DNA from: an uncultured Chloroflexia bacterium
GTDB lineage: Bacteria; Chloroflexota; Anaerolineae; CG2-30-64-16
Reading direction: 5' to 3'
NCBI GenBank assembly: GCA_963774265.1
Contig: CAVZDU010000005.1
Location: 128,001 to 192,000, forward strand
DNA length: 64,000 nt
The notes under the pieces were generated by a model. That model had not been told where the DNA came from, did not search any database, and was given only the letters and a program-made list of their open reading frames with translations. Below, piece after piece: positions 21,465-34,600 of the stretch (its first letter is position 1; the number at the start of each line of letters is the position of its first letter). Both the position numbers and the translations under genes were made by a program.

Positions 21465-21497
21465 AGACCCTAAGGGTTCCCGAAGCCCTTAGGGTCT
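21465..21497. repeat. REP-like palindrome between convergent ilvE and clpB
   Basis: AGACCCTAAGGGTTCCCGAAGCCCTTAGGGTCT. Confidence 0.7.
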
Positions 21498-21504
21498 TCG
21501 CATA

Positions 21505-24117
<2,613 letters not shown>

Positions 24118-24316
24118 GCTCAATCCTCCGTCCTTTTCTCGGTTACGAATCTATTGTATTTGAGGTGCGTTAGCGGGGTATTGGTGGGGTGTTAGTGAAG
24201 TGTGAGAGGGTGCTGGGGCACGTGTGCCCGAACGATGGCGCGTGAAATATCACAGCAAGAGGCGATGTGCCGCGGCCTGCCACCATGCGGGCGACTGGTA
24301 TCCAAGGATAGCCTCC

Positions 24317-24769
24317 TCAACTTCCCGGCAAGACCTGCTGGATGAACTCCCCGGGGAGCAGAATTCGCAGCGGCCGCACGGCCTCGCGCACCGTGTCGTT
24401 GGCCAGGTGCTTGCGATCAAGGGTGATCAGCAATTCAACCTGACTCGCCGTCGCGGCTGCAAGGACATGCGCGTCTTTTGGCGCCACGATCCCCTCCGCC
24501 GCACGTTCCTGTTCCTCTTCAACCTCGGGTAGTATCTCGACGGGGACCGAAGCCAAGGAGTCGTAGAAACGCACGAGCGCCGCCTGGGGGAGCTTATGCC
24601 GTATGTTGGTCTGCGCCTCCATCAGGACGCGCTGCGTGCACACGGCAGCGTACTGTTTGCCACGGCAGATGTCAAGAACGAGGGACGAGCCTCCGGAGGG
24701 CGAAGCGCTGGCAGCCACCCATACCGACGCGTCGATGAAAACGCGCTGTTTCGCCGGTTGACCCGTCAT
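24317..24769 (-). CDS. PIN-domain (VapC-like) toxin
   Basis: VFIDASVWVAA, EAQTN, PKDAHVLAAA, LITLDRKHL. Confidence 0.85.
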   Translation of the reverse strand: MTGQPAKQRVFIDASVWVAASASPSGGSSLVLDICRGKQYAAVCTQRVLMEAQTNIRHKLPQAALVRFYDSLASVPVEILPEVEEEQERAAEGIVAPKDAHVLAAATASQVELLITLDRKHLANDTVREAVRPLRILLPGEFIQQVLPGS

Positions 24770-25035
24770 AGCTGACCAGATGCCAGCAGCCGGCGCACGG
24801 CGTTGGCGGTTTCATCGCTGATCTTATCGTCGTCCAGGAACTGCTGGATTTCGGCCTCCGTGTACTCCCGCAGCGATTGCGTGGTAGCAGGGACCAGGCG
24901 GATCTCGATCTTATCGCCCACGAGCTGCATCTCAAGCAGGGAGCCTTCTTTCAGCCCTAGCTTACGCCTGAAATCGGTTGGCAGCGTGATCTGGCCACGC
25001 GCCGGCAATTGCACAATCCGTGCCGAAGGCTGCAT
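24766..25035 (-). CDS. AbrB/MazE/SpoVT-family antitoxin
   Basis: RGQITLPTDFRRKLGLKEG; ATGA overlap with the PIN gene; GGGAGG SD. Confidence 0.88.
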   Translation of the reverse strand: MQPSARIVQLPARGQITLPTDFRRKLGLKEGSLLEMQLVGDKIEIRLVPATTQSLREYTEAEIQQFLDDDKISDETANAVRRLLASGQL

Positions 25036-25066
25036 GTCGTCCTCCCGTTCAATATATCCAAATATC

Positions 25067-25095
25067 AAGATATCATATTTTCAAGCAAACGTCAA
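25067..25095 (-). promoter_or_regulatory. Putative sigma70 promoter of the TA operon
   Basis: Minus strand TTGACG-17 nt-TATCTT in an AT-rich island. Confidence 0.5.
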
Positions 25096-25124
25096 TACTG
25101 CCGCATCGAGAGACTGCTGGCAGG

Positions 25125-25394
25125 CTACTTCTCGAGCATATGCGCCAACGCCTGTACGCCCGCGTTCGTCAACACATACGTCGCCGCGGGGAATTTGAGG
25201 TTGCTCTGGATCAGGCCGAGGGTAACGAGGGATTCAACGAGGCCGCGCTCGACGGTTTCCGGTTCGCCAGCAAGGGGATAGAGCCGGTGGGTCTTCTCGC
25301 CGTCCAGCGTGCGATGGACCTTGAGCGTCGCGCCGTCACGAATGGCGCGGAGGATGTGGCGTTGGGGGGGAGCCAGGCGCATGGTTGGTGGCAA
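25125..25394 (-). CDS. Hypothetical protein (winged-helix-like)
   Basis: ILRAIRDGATLKVHRTLDG...VESLVTLGLI...YVLTNAG. Confidence 0.6.
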   Translation of the reverse strand: MPPTMRLAPPQRHILRAIRDGATLKVHRTLDGEKTHRLYPLAGEPETVERGLVESLVTLGLIQSNLKFPAATYVLTNAGVQALAHMLEK

Positions 25395-25403
25395 CGTGTG
25401 TCG

Positions 25404-25610
25404 TTAACCCAGGTCTTTTGCATACTGCTGCAACTGGCGCTGGTTGATCTTCTGGAATTCGTCCGGCAGAATCTCGGCCATCTCCGCCTCGCTCAGGCGA
25501 ATGCGCAGGATGTTCAGCGCATCCTCGGGCGACTGGCCGTAGGCCAGCTTCTTCTTGCCGTTCTTCAGATCGAACAGGTACATGTAGTGAGGATTGGAGA
25601 AGCTGCTCAT
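25404..25610 (-). CDS. Small hypothetical protein
   Basis: 68 aa, natural composition, co-oriented downstream of the radical SAM gene. Confidence 0.65.
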   Translation of the reverse strand: MSSFSNPHYMYLFDLKNGKKKLAYGQSPEDALNILRIRLSEAEMAEILPDEFQKINQRQLQQYAKDLG

Positions 25611-25640
25611 GCTTGTGCCCTGATTTGCTTTAGGCTTTCG

Positions 25641-27042
25641 TTACGCGCGTACAGGCCTGAGTAGCCGCGGCCGCTGCTCTTCCGGCGCTCAGGCCCCGGT
25701 TGACCTCGTCATCGTACTTGCCGGCCAGCAGCTCGCGGTAGAAGGCGTAGTCGACGCCCTTCGACCTTTTCGTCGTCGGGGAAGCGGTGGTAGTTGTCCT
25801 TCGACATCAGGCTCTTGCCTTCGGCGATGAGCTGGAAGCCCAGCGCCGAGCCGGGGTAGGGCGCGTAGTAGGAGATGGACGGGAAGACGCGCTTCATCCG
25901 CTTGAGCATGCGCATGGTCTTGAAGGCGTCCTCGGGCGTCTCGCCGGGGATGCCGAGCATGATGTTGGACCAGAACTTCGGCGGCTGCTTGCCCTGCGCC
26001 TGCCATGTCGTCGCCGATGCGGTTCACCAGGTCGATGGCGAAGTAGTTGTCTTCCTCGGTGCATTCCTTGTTGAGCAGCCGGAGGATGCGGTCGCTGCCC
26101 GACTCGAAGCCGATGGAGATCAGGTTCCAGTTGGTCTCTCGCACGCAGCGCCTCGAACAGGTCGGGCCATTGGCGCACGGTGTCGGCGCGGCCGGCCGCC
26201 CAGTAGGGCCAGCGCTTGTTGGCCTTGCGCGGGTACTTCTCGATCCATTCCTTCAGCCAGCTCGGGTTCTGGAAGAACATCGAGTCGTGGATGACCACCG
26301 AGCCGACGCCGTAGTTGTCGTCCAGGTAGTTCAGCTCGTCGATGACCTGGTCCACCGGCTTGCGGCCCATGTTGGGGATGTAGGAGTTCTCGTTGCAGAA
26401 GACGCACTGCCACGGGCAGACGCGGCTGGTGAGGATGGTCGCCACCGGCCCCGGCCCCCAGCCGCACTCCGGCTCCAGCGGCCAGTTGAACTGTCGCGCG
26501 CAGTCTGCCGGCTCGCCGGCTTGGGCCACAGCGTGCGGTCGATCATCGGCCACTCGGCCATCGACTTGGCGCTCTCGCCCTGGAAGAGGCGCGGGAACGC
26601 CGCCGGGTCCTTGCACCAGGTCGACGATCACCTTCTCGCCCGGCCCCTGGCAGATGTGGTCGAACTCGGGCGACCGCCAGCATCTCGTCCGGCGCGACGG
26701 TGGCGTGCATGCCGCCGGCCAGCACCATGCCCTTGCGGGTTGACCTCCTTGAAGAGCTGCGCAGCCTTGCGGCCCGACGGGAAGGTATAGCTGCGCACGT
26801 TCATGAGCGCCATGTCGTAGCCGGCGAGCTGCTTGCGCGAGCTGATCCCAGGAGGTCACTGCGCGCGTCGAGACGAGGTCGGTCTCGATGCCGTTCTGAT
26901 GCAGGATGGTGCGCAGCAGGCCCAGCCCGTGATCCTGCCACTGCTCGTGCGGCCCGTCGGGGTGCACCAGGTCGCCCAGGTCGCCCAGGTCAATCCACAC
27001 GATCTTCGCCTTCTGCTTCGTCCACGGCCAGGAATATGCCAT
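25641..27042 (-). CDS. B12-binding radical SAM protein (many indels; 3' end approximate)
   Basis: VLAGGMHATVAP (B12 domain), TSRVCPWQCVFC (CxxxCxxC), SIGFESGSDRIL, MLGIPGETPED, YAPYPGS. Confidence 0.85.
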
Positions 27043-27256
27043 GCTTAAGCTCGTCCTGTGAATTATTAGATTGAATTTGAGAGATATTATAGCCGAGAAG
27101 CCGCTGAACGCCAACTAGGGCAGGGTGTTGCACTGTTGCGGCAGTGTCGGTACGTAGGCTGCCACGTCTCTGCGTGTCCACACTTGTCCATTGTGGCGGG
27201 CCTGCGCTATGATTCCGTGCATCCCACCTGCACACCGCGAATGGAGGAAGCGTGCG

Positions 27257-27961
27257 ATGCCCAAGCCCAGCCAGCCAAACCTTCCTGGCGTCCAGTCAAA
27301 GATACCCACCCCGTCCAACAAAGCCCGGACCGGCCAGACTCCGAAAGCGCCACCCACACTACAAGAAAAACTGCCCACCGGCCTACAACAGGGCTACGTG
27401 GTAATGGTGAACCCCAAGGAAGGGTATGGATTTATCAGGCCCGACGGTTCTGATCGCGCTGGGGGACGAGATGTCCACTTCAGCATACGGCAAATTGAAG
27501 GGCACAAGGCCTTGCGCCCCGGGCAGAGCGTCAGTTACTATCTGACGCGCACCGACAAAGGCGTCACCGCGATCAAGGTGCGGCCCGGCTCGATATTCAG
27601 CATCCCGTATCTCAAGTTTCTCCTGATCGGGGTCGCCATGGCGTTGATCCTGCTCGCTGGCCTGACGATGGTGCTCGACCGGCCAGCTTCGCTGGCGTTG
27701 TGGATCGGTCTCTGGTCCCTCGCGTTCAGCATGGCCACCTTTGGCGTGTACTGGTACGACAAGATGCAGGCCCAGGCGGGCGGCCTACGCGTGCCAGAGG
27801 TTGTGCTGCATTTGCTCGGCGCCTTGGGCGGCACGCCGGGCGCGTTCATCGCCATGCGCCAGTTGCGGCACAAGATTCGGGATCACCGGTTCCAGGTGGT
27901 TTTCTGGCTGATCATCGCGGCACAAGTCGGTTTTTTGATCTGGTTCTTTTTCCTGCGCTAG
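27257..27961 (+). CDS. Cold-shock domain plus DUF1294 membrane protein
   Basis: KEGYGFIRPD...DVHFS (CSD); YWYDK.QA...RVPE..LH...GGTPGA...RHK (DUF1294). Confidence 0.88.
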   Translation: MPKPSQPNLPGVQSKIPTPSNKARTGQTPKAPPTLQEKLPTGLQQGYVVMVNPKEGYGFIRPDGSDRAGGRDVHFSIRQIEGHKALRPGQSVSYYLTRTDKGVTAIKVRPGSIFSIPYLKFLLIGVAMALILLAGLTMVLDRPASLALWIGLWSLAFSMATFGVYWYDKMQAQAGGLRVPEVVLHLLGALGGTPGAFIAMRQLRHKIRDHRFQVVFWLIIAAQVGFLIWFFFLR

Positions 27962-29772
27962 CGTAAGTTTTGTGCAATCAGAGCCGGAGTCATGGAAATC
28001 GGCTCGAAATGACAACTTTGGAAGAGCGGCAGACTGAGCTGGACGACCCAGCTGCCGACCTGAATGATGCGACCGGCATAGAGACTATCATCCGAGAACC
28101 TTAACAAGCAACCGTTGGGTAGCCACTGGACACTGGCAGGCGTGTGAGCAGCAACCTGGACCAGCGTTTTGATGCTCGCTGTGACCGGTACGAGCCACTG
28201 GTTAGGCACTTGTCCGCAGTCATGGCACAACCAATGGGCGGCCCAGCGCAGGAAGTTGGCCGCAAAGGCGGCGAACTGTTCTTGCAGCCAGAGCGCCGGT
28301 AGGGAACGCACCTTGAGATGGTGCATCTGGAACACGCCCTTACCTTCCTTGATGCCCGCCTCGACCGTCTGGCGACCATTGTAGAAGGCAAACCAGCCAC
28401 CCAGATCTTTGGTGACAGCGTCCGACCCGAAGTGTAGGAGCGCGCCGTACCGCTCGGTCTTGCCTGTATAGAAGTGCTCAAGGGCAACATCGACCGGGTA
28501 GGGGTTGCCCTTGAAGAGCACGCCAGACCAGGCGATCATCTCGGCATTGGCACCTACGCGCACCCAGGGCGTCGTATCCTCGATCCTATGCAGCAAACTG
28601 GCCTTGACCTTCTGACTGTAGGGTCGGGTGTAGACCTCGTAGCCCAGTTCGATCAAGCGGGCGACGTTTTCCCAGGTGCCGAACCCGGCATCCAATCGAA
28701 AGACGGCATGGATGGGGGCCGGATTGGCAGCATTCTCCCGGTTGAAGTCGTCAAGCCGCTGGCCTAAGGTCCGCTCCATAGCCCGTAAGGCCGCGAACCG
28801 CACCTGCTCACGCGCGACGCTACGCTGAGCCTGCAGAAAGCGCTGCTGCTGGCGCTGCAAGCGGCGTTCGCAGGCGGCGAGATGCGCCCGAGCCTGTGCC
28901 AGACGGCAATGCGGTCGCCCCTTGCGCTGCGCGGCCTGCTCGCTGGCGGCCATCAGGCCAGTCAAGGCGGCATTCGCCTGACCTACCTGCTCGCTGCGAG
29001 CCTGCATCAACGCCTGTGCTGCGCTGAACGCCTGGCAGCGTTGCTGAAGGCGCTGCTCAACCAGCGCCCGCTCTTGGCTCACGGCGTGCAGGCGCTGGCC
29101 CAGTAATTCGGTACGCCGTCGGGGACGCACCCCGGTCTGGCCTTCTGCAGCCAGCACCATCTCTTCGGCTACTTGACAGGAAAGCACGTTGCCTGGATGC
29201 GGCTTGACTGAGAGCCACAGTCGACCATAGGTCGGGCTCTTTAGGCTGACGACAGCCGCTTGGTAGCCGAGGCGTACCGCATCGTCCATGTGGCCAAAGG
29301 CAGCCCCGGGGTAGCTCGTGCTGGTATTGGAGACGGGTCGGCCGGTAAGATCGCCGTCGTAAATGAGCCGGCCCTCCTGGAGCAGCGCCTGCGCCACCTG
29401 ATCGTCAATGAAGGGATGGCTGATTTGGCTTAAGGCAGCGGCGATCCGTTCCGCTTCCGGTTGAGTGAGCGCCTGTAAGGTCCGCCCAACGCCACTGTAG
29501 TCGGCCCAGCCGTCCTGCTGCCAGGCAGTCGCCACAACCAGGTCTTGGTCCAACGGCCGCGCATCGCGACTGATGTCCTCGAGATGCGGCAGGCCAGCCA
29601 GAATCGCCACCAGGAACTCGACCACCTTGGTTTGTGGCTGATGCGTGCGGGTCTTCTGATGCAGAGATGCCGCCATCAGGACCTGAATGAGCCCGAGATG
29701 CTGGGCGTACTGGCCCAGAAGTACCAAGAGCGCATGCTCCGTATGGCTCGGTTGAGTGGCGACTTCACGCAT
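27958..29772 (-). CDS. DDE transposase with an internal coiled-coil segment
   Basis: IYDGD, RLDAGFG, YNGRQTVEAGIKEGK (Y-2-R-3-E-6-K); AAGGAGG SD before MREVAT. Confidence 0.9.
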   Translation of the reverse strand: MREVATQPSHTEHALLVLLGQYAQHLGLIQVLMAASLHQKTRTHQPQTKVVEFLVAILAGLPHLEDISRDARPLDQDLVVATAWQQDGWADYSGVGRTLQALTQPEAERIAAALSQISHPFIDDQVAQALLQEGRLIYDGDLTGRPVSNTSTSYPGAAFGHMDDAVRLGYQAAVVSLKSPTYGRLWLSVKPHPGNVLSCQVAEEMVLAAEGQTGVRPRRRTELLGQRLHAVSQERALVEQRLQQRCQAFSAAQALMQARSEQVGQANAALTGLMAASEQAAQRKGRPHCRLAQARAHLAACERRLQRQQQRFLQAQRSVAREQVRFAALRAMERTLGQRLDDFNRENAANPAPIHAVFRLDAGFGTWENVARLIELGYEVYTRPYSQKVKASLLHRIEDTTPWVRVGANAEMIAWSGVLFKGNPYPVDVALEHFYTGKTERYGALLHFGSDAVTKDLGGWFAFYNGRQTVEAGIKEGKGVFQMHHLKVRSLPALWLQEQFAAFAANFLRWAAHWLCHDCGQVPNQWLVPVTASIKTLVQVAAHTPASVQWLPNGCLLRFSDDSLYAGRIIQVGSWVVQLSLPLFQSCHFEPISMTPALIAQNLR

Positions 29773-29893
29773 GGCGGATTCCTCCTTAACTGAGCGGAGA
29801 TTCGCCCCGAGCATAACGGTTGCCTGTCGATTATAAAAGTTCGAATTTCGGGCCGTTTTCTATGATTCGACCGCTGATTGCACAAAACCTGCG
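27962..29893 (-). mobile_element. Complete insertion sequence, 1932 bp, IS4-superfamily/IS1380-like
   Basis: Terminal inverted repeats CGTAAGTTTTGTGCAATCAG / CTGATTGCACAAAACCTGCG (18/20) flanked by CTAG at 27958-27961 and 29894-29897. Confidence 0.9.
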
Positions 29894-30637
29894 CTAGGCC
29901 GCGGTCCTGGTCTGCCGCTTATAGTCGCCTTTCCAACCGTTTATGCGAATGCGAAGGACATCGCGGAACATGCGCCAGGTGTCGTGGACGGGATTGACCC
30001 GGCTGTCCGGGTCGTGGTACCAGTTGATCGGCACAGCAACCACCTTGTAGCCGCGGTGCAAGGCGATGAAGAGCGCCTCGACATCGAATGCCCAACCGTC
30101 CATTGTCCCATCCTGGAATATCTCGCGGGCGACATCACGCCGGAAGCTCTTGAACCCACATTGCGTGTCCTGGAAGCGTGGGATGGCGATCACCCGTACG
30201 ATCAGGTTGAAGACACGGCCCATCAAGTGGCGGAAGGGCGGCTCATTGTACCGATGCGCTCCCGGCCCCTCGCGGGAAGCAATGGCGACATCGTAGTCCT
30301 CCAGGGCGGGCGGCAGGAATTTGCGCACCTCGTCGATGGGCATGGATAGATCTGAGTCGCACATGAAGAGATAGCGGCCCTGACCGGCCATCATCCCCGC
30401 TCGCACCGCGGCCCCCTTGCCCTTCGTACTGTGTAGCACCTGGATAAAAGGATGTTTTGCTGCGTAGGCTTCGGCGATTTCCGTCGTCCGGTCGCGGCTG
30501 CCGTTCTCGACGATCAAGACTTCGATCGGGTAGGTCAGCCGGGCCACAAACGCGACAATGCTGTCGAGCGATTTGGGGAGGCGATGCTCCTCGTTGTACG
30601 CCGGGATGATGATGCTGAGAAGAGGTTGCTGGTCCAT
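29894..30637 (-). CDS. GT2 polyprenol-phosphate glycosyltransferase (dolichyl-P glucosyltransferase-like)
   Basis: SIIIPAYNEE, NGSRD, GKGAAVRAG, DSDLS, DTQCGFK, WAFDVE. Confidence 0.9.
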   Translation of the reverse strand: MDQQPLLSIIIPAYNEEHRLPKSLDSIVAFVARLTYPIEVLIVENGSRDRTTEIAEAYAAKHPFIQVLHSTKGKGAAVRAGMMAGQGRYLFMCDSDLSMPIDEVRKFLPPALEDYDVAIASREGPGAHRYNEPPFRHLMGRVFNLIVRVIAIPRFQDTQCGFKSFRRDVAREIFQDGTMDGWAFDVEALFIALHRGYKVVAVPINWYHDPDSRVNPVHDTWRMFRDVLRIRINGWKGDYKRQTRTAA

Positions 30638-30678
30638 ATCTAGCTCGAACTCAGGATGGCGAAATGAAAGCGCGATGC

Positions 30679-31575
30679 TCACCACCGCATCAGGTTGAAG
30701 AGCGCCAGCCCCGCGATGCCTTGCACCGCCAGCGCGCCGAACCAGAGCAGATAGGCGGCTCCTCGCTGCACATGGCGGTACAACCAGACGCCCGCCCCTG
30801 TGTTGAAAATCCAGACTGCGAGGCCGATCAGCGGCAGCGTGAATAGCTCCGACTTGGGCGAGATGCGATCCGGCAACCCGGTGACGTCAAAGTGCAAAGG
30901 CAGGTCGGCTGACAGCCCGGGGTAGCGAAAGCATAGCGCGCCGAACAACACAAGGATGCCAAGCAGACCGGTCCCAATGAGGAACAGGGCCGCCAGATCG
31001 CGCCACAACGGCCATGTCCAGATCGGAGGACGCCGCAGCTCTGACTCGAGGGTGCGATTGACGCCGAGCGCGAAGCGTTCTTGCAGCGCATTGAGAAATT
31101 CCTGCGGGTCCAATGGCGAGATGCTGTAGTTCTCATCACTGGTCACCAGGACGATCTGTTCGCCCAACGGCACTGTGCCGTACGCGTTCACTGTGCCGTA
31201 CGTCTCGGTTCGCATGCGGCGGCGATGCGGACAAGGCCAGTGCCAGGGCGAGGCGGCATCCAGCGGCGCCACCTTCGACGATGGAACCACGCGCTGGATC
31301 TGGCCCATCGGCACGATCTGCCGTGTCGGTCCCCACACCAGCGTGATCCCGTCCCGGTCGACCCAGTACTCCAGGTTGAACGCGCCCCGGCTGCGGTAGT
31401 ACAGGTAGAAGATGGCCAGCAGGCTGACCAGCACGACCAGGGCCAGCAGAAAGCTGAGGCCGTCCACGGGGCGCTTAGTCAGGATTCGCACGAGCAGAAC
31501 GTCCAGCACGATCAGGCCCAGTATGGCTAGCAGGCCAAGCCAGCGGTCCGCGCACGGTATCGGTTTGAAGCTCAC
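30679..31575 (-). CDS. Membrane protein with bacterial PH-like and DUF1648-like domains
   Basis: TM pair, ..YSISPLDPQEF.., LPLHFDVTGLPDR, C-terminal TMs. Confidence 0.65.
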   Translation of the reverse strand: MSFKPIPCADRWLGLLAILGLIVLDVLLVRILTKRPVDGLSFLLALVVLVSLLAIFYLYYRSRGAFNLEYWVDRDGITLVWGPTRQIVPMGQIQRVVPSSKVAPLDAASPWHWPCPHRRRMRTETYGTVNAYGTVPLGEQIVLVTSDENYSISPLDPQEFLNALQERFALGVNRTLESELRRPPIWTWPLWRDLAALFLIGTGLLGILVLFGALCFRYPGLSADLPLHFDVTGLPDRISPKSELFTLPLIGLAVWIFNTGAGVWLYRHVQRGAAYLLWFGALAVQGIAGLALFNLMRW

Positions 31576-31675
31576 GAAGGGTTAGACCTCTACCTTTAAG
31601 AGACGATCACGGAGTCGATGATTGGCCCAATTGTAACGGTGACCGGCTCAACCGCCAATTGCACACGTGCACATG

Positions 31676-34600
31676 TCACGGCGTTGTCGGTTCTTTATCC
31701 TTGTGTTTGACAAAGATGCGCACCGGTGAACTCTTGACCTCGTTGCCGGCCTTATCGAACGCCTTGACCCAGATCGTGTGGATCTCGTGCAACTTGCCGT
31801 CCATGACTGTCGCACCTGCGCCGCCGCCGGTCATGATGACCACGCGCTGAGCGGTCGTCCCGTCTGGCTTCTTGTATTTCTCGGTCTTTGTTTCGCGGTC
31901 GATTACCTGCTCGGTCGTCACCGTGCCGTCAGGGTTGGTGATTACCTTCGTGGCGTACACCGTCGGCCCGCTCTTGGGCACAACATCCGTCATCTTGATG
32001 GTCCAGCGGACGCTGTACGGTGCGACCGTGGTTTCGCCGAGTTTGGCACCGTCGAGATAGAACTCGACGCGGTCCATCTCCCAGTCATCCTGCGCGTCGG
32101 CCGTGATGGATACCAGCTCGTCGGTCTCCATGACGTAGATCTGGTCGACTGCCGGATGGACGATCTCCACCTTCGGCGCGTTATTGTCCACGACGACCGG
32201 CATCTCATAGGTCAGGATATTGCCACTGTTCTCCATCACGACGAGACGCAGTGTGTACATGCCGGCGAAGCCTGTCGTGTCCCAGAACTCCAGCGGTCCG
32301 TTGCTGATCTGTTCGCCGTGCTCGCCGCCAACGGGCGTCCATTCGCCGCCGCTGCCCACCTCGACGCGATACGCGCGGAAGTCGCCCGCGCGGGCGTTGC
32401 CGGTGATCTGCACGCCGCCCTTGACGCGCGCGCCGATGAATGGTGAACCGATCTGCACATCGCCGGCCAGTTCACCGCCCCCGCACGGCCCATCGACCTC
32501 GACCGGCGGCTGGGCAATGCCTTGATCGCGAACCCAATCTGCCGCGTTAGGCCCGAAGACCTGGTAGGTCACGCGCTGCAACTGATCGGGTGGGGTGCAT
32601 GCGGACGCACGCTTGCCGTTCGTGCCGTTGATCTCGAACGCCTGGTAGATGTTGTCTTGCTGCTTCGGTTCCTTGCCCCGCAGGAACAGCCCGACGGCGC
32701 TCGACGGGCAGTCGGCGGTGGGAAGCAGGCCGGACGGCACGCAGACGCGAACCTTGGAGATGCCCGCTGGTTCAGTCCAACCCTGCGCGGGCAGGCCGTC
32801 AACACCTTTGGCCAGGATCTTGCTGAAAATCGGCGCAGCCGTGATCGAGCCGTCCGCCAGTTTCATGGCCTTGCTGTCGGCGTTGCCGGTCCAGACGCCT
32901 ACCGCCAATTGCGGGGTATAACCCACGGTCCAGGCGTCTTTCCATTCATTCGTTGTGCCCGTCTTTGCAGCGACCGGACGGTTGGGGAGGGTCAGATAGT
33001 TGGCGTAACTGCCGAACGCGACCGGGCGTGGGCCATTGTCGCTGAGCACGTTGTTGAGCAGGTACATCGGCGCAGGATCGACCACGCGTTCGGTGGACGC
33101 CTGGGTGTACTCCTCGATCACCTTGCCGTCCTTGTCTTCGATCTTGAGCACGGTCACGGGATCCAGCTTGCGGTAACCGGGCCGCTGCAGCTCGTCTGGA
33201 ACCGGCTTGCCGGCCATCACGCCGCTGTTGGCAAAGACGCTGAACGCATAGGTGTGGTCGAGCAACGAGACCTCGTCCGCCGCCGAGGGTGAGGCTCAGG
33301 CCGTAGGTATTCAGCTCGCGGTTCAGGCTGCTGACGCCCACGCGGCGCGCGGTTTTGATGACGTTCGAAATTCCTATCTGGTCCATCAGCCAGACGGCCG
33401 GGATGTTGTAGGAGCGCTGCAGCGCTTGGCGCAGCGATTGCGGGCCGTGGTAGCGACGATCGTAGTTCTCGGGGACATACGGTGGGTTGCCCGGGTCCGG
33501 GAACACCGTCCGCACATCCATGACCATCGACGATGGGGCAAACGCGCCCGACTCGAACGCTGTCAGATAGGTGTAGGGCTTGAAGGAGGACCCGGGTTGC
33601 GCAGGTGAGGTCGCCATGTTGACCTGGCCGTCGATGGACTCGTCGAAGTAGTCCAGGCTGCCGACCATCACCAACACCTCACCGGTGGTCGGCCGGATGG
33701 CCACCACCGATGCGTTGCCCACTTCGTGGTCGAACGCCTGCTTGAGCGCCTCCGGGACCGGCGGGATGGTCGCCAGGTCATTCCGGCAAGGCTTGGGTTC
33801 CCGCTGTTGGAGCGAGCCGATGTGGCTGCGCGCCACGCATTCAGCGTATGCCTGCAAATCCCAGTCCAGTGTGGTGTAAACCCGCAGCCCGTTCTGCCAG
33901 ATGAAGTATGGGTCTTCAGGCGTATTGTACTGCTGTTGGACTTGGTCCAGCACGGTCAGCGCGAAGTGCGGCGCATCGGGCGGAATCTCGAAGCGTTCCT
34001 GCGCCGATTCACGCGTGTACTGCCAGAGTGTGCCGGTCAAGCGCTTGGCCGCGTCGGCTTCGTCTTTGGTGAGTTCATCGGCCTTGACCAACGCGTTGAG
34101 CGCGCGGGCGGTGGCCGGCCTGTCACCGGTCGCCACGAGCGGCAGGTCACCCTGGTCCAGCAGACCTTGCTCGACGAGGTCGTTGAGCAAGGGTGTGTTG
34201 AAGTAGCGCCGCGCAGCATCAGCCTGCTCGGGCGTCAGGTAGCTCGCCTCGACCATCGAGGTCAGCACCTTGCGCTGGCGGCGATACGCGTCGCCGGGCG
34301 CCTGGAACGGATTCAGGCCGGGATACTGGGGGACAGCAGCCAGAACAGCCACCTCGTCCAGCGTGAGATCCGCGACGCTCTTGTTGTAGTAGACCTGTGC
34401 CGCGGCCTCGATGCCGTAGGCCGCGTTGCCGTAGAAGTTATAGTTGAGATACCACTCCAGGATCTTCTCTTTGCCTTCGCGGCCCGGATACTTGCGCGTG
34501 ATCTCGATGGCCAGGATCGCTTCCTTTGCCTTGCGAGCATACGACTGTTCATAGCGTTCTTTGGGGTCGATCAGGACGTTTTTGACCAATTGCTGCGTGA

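Noticed and set aside
24120-24220. CIRCE (HrcA) operator upstream of clpB
   Set aside because: TTAGC is present but the TTAGCACTC-N9-GAGTGCTAA inverted repeat is not.
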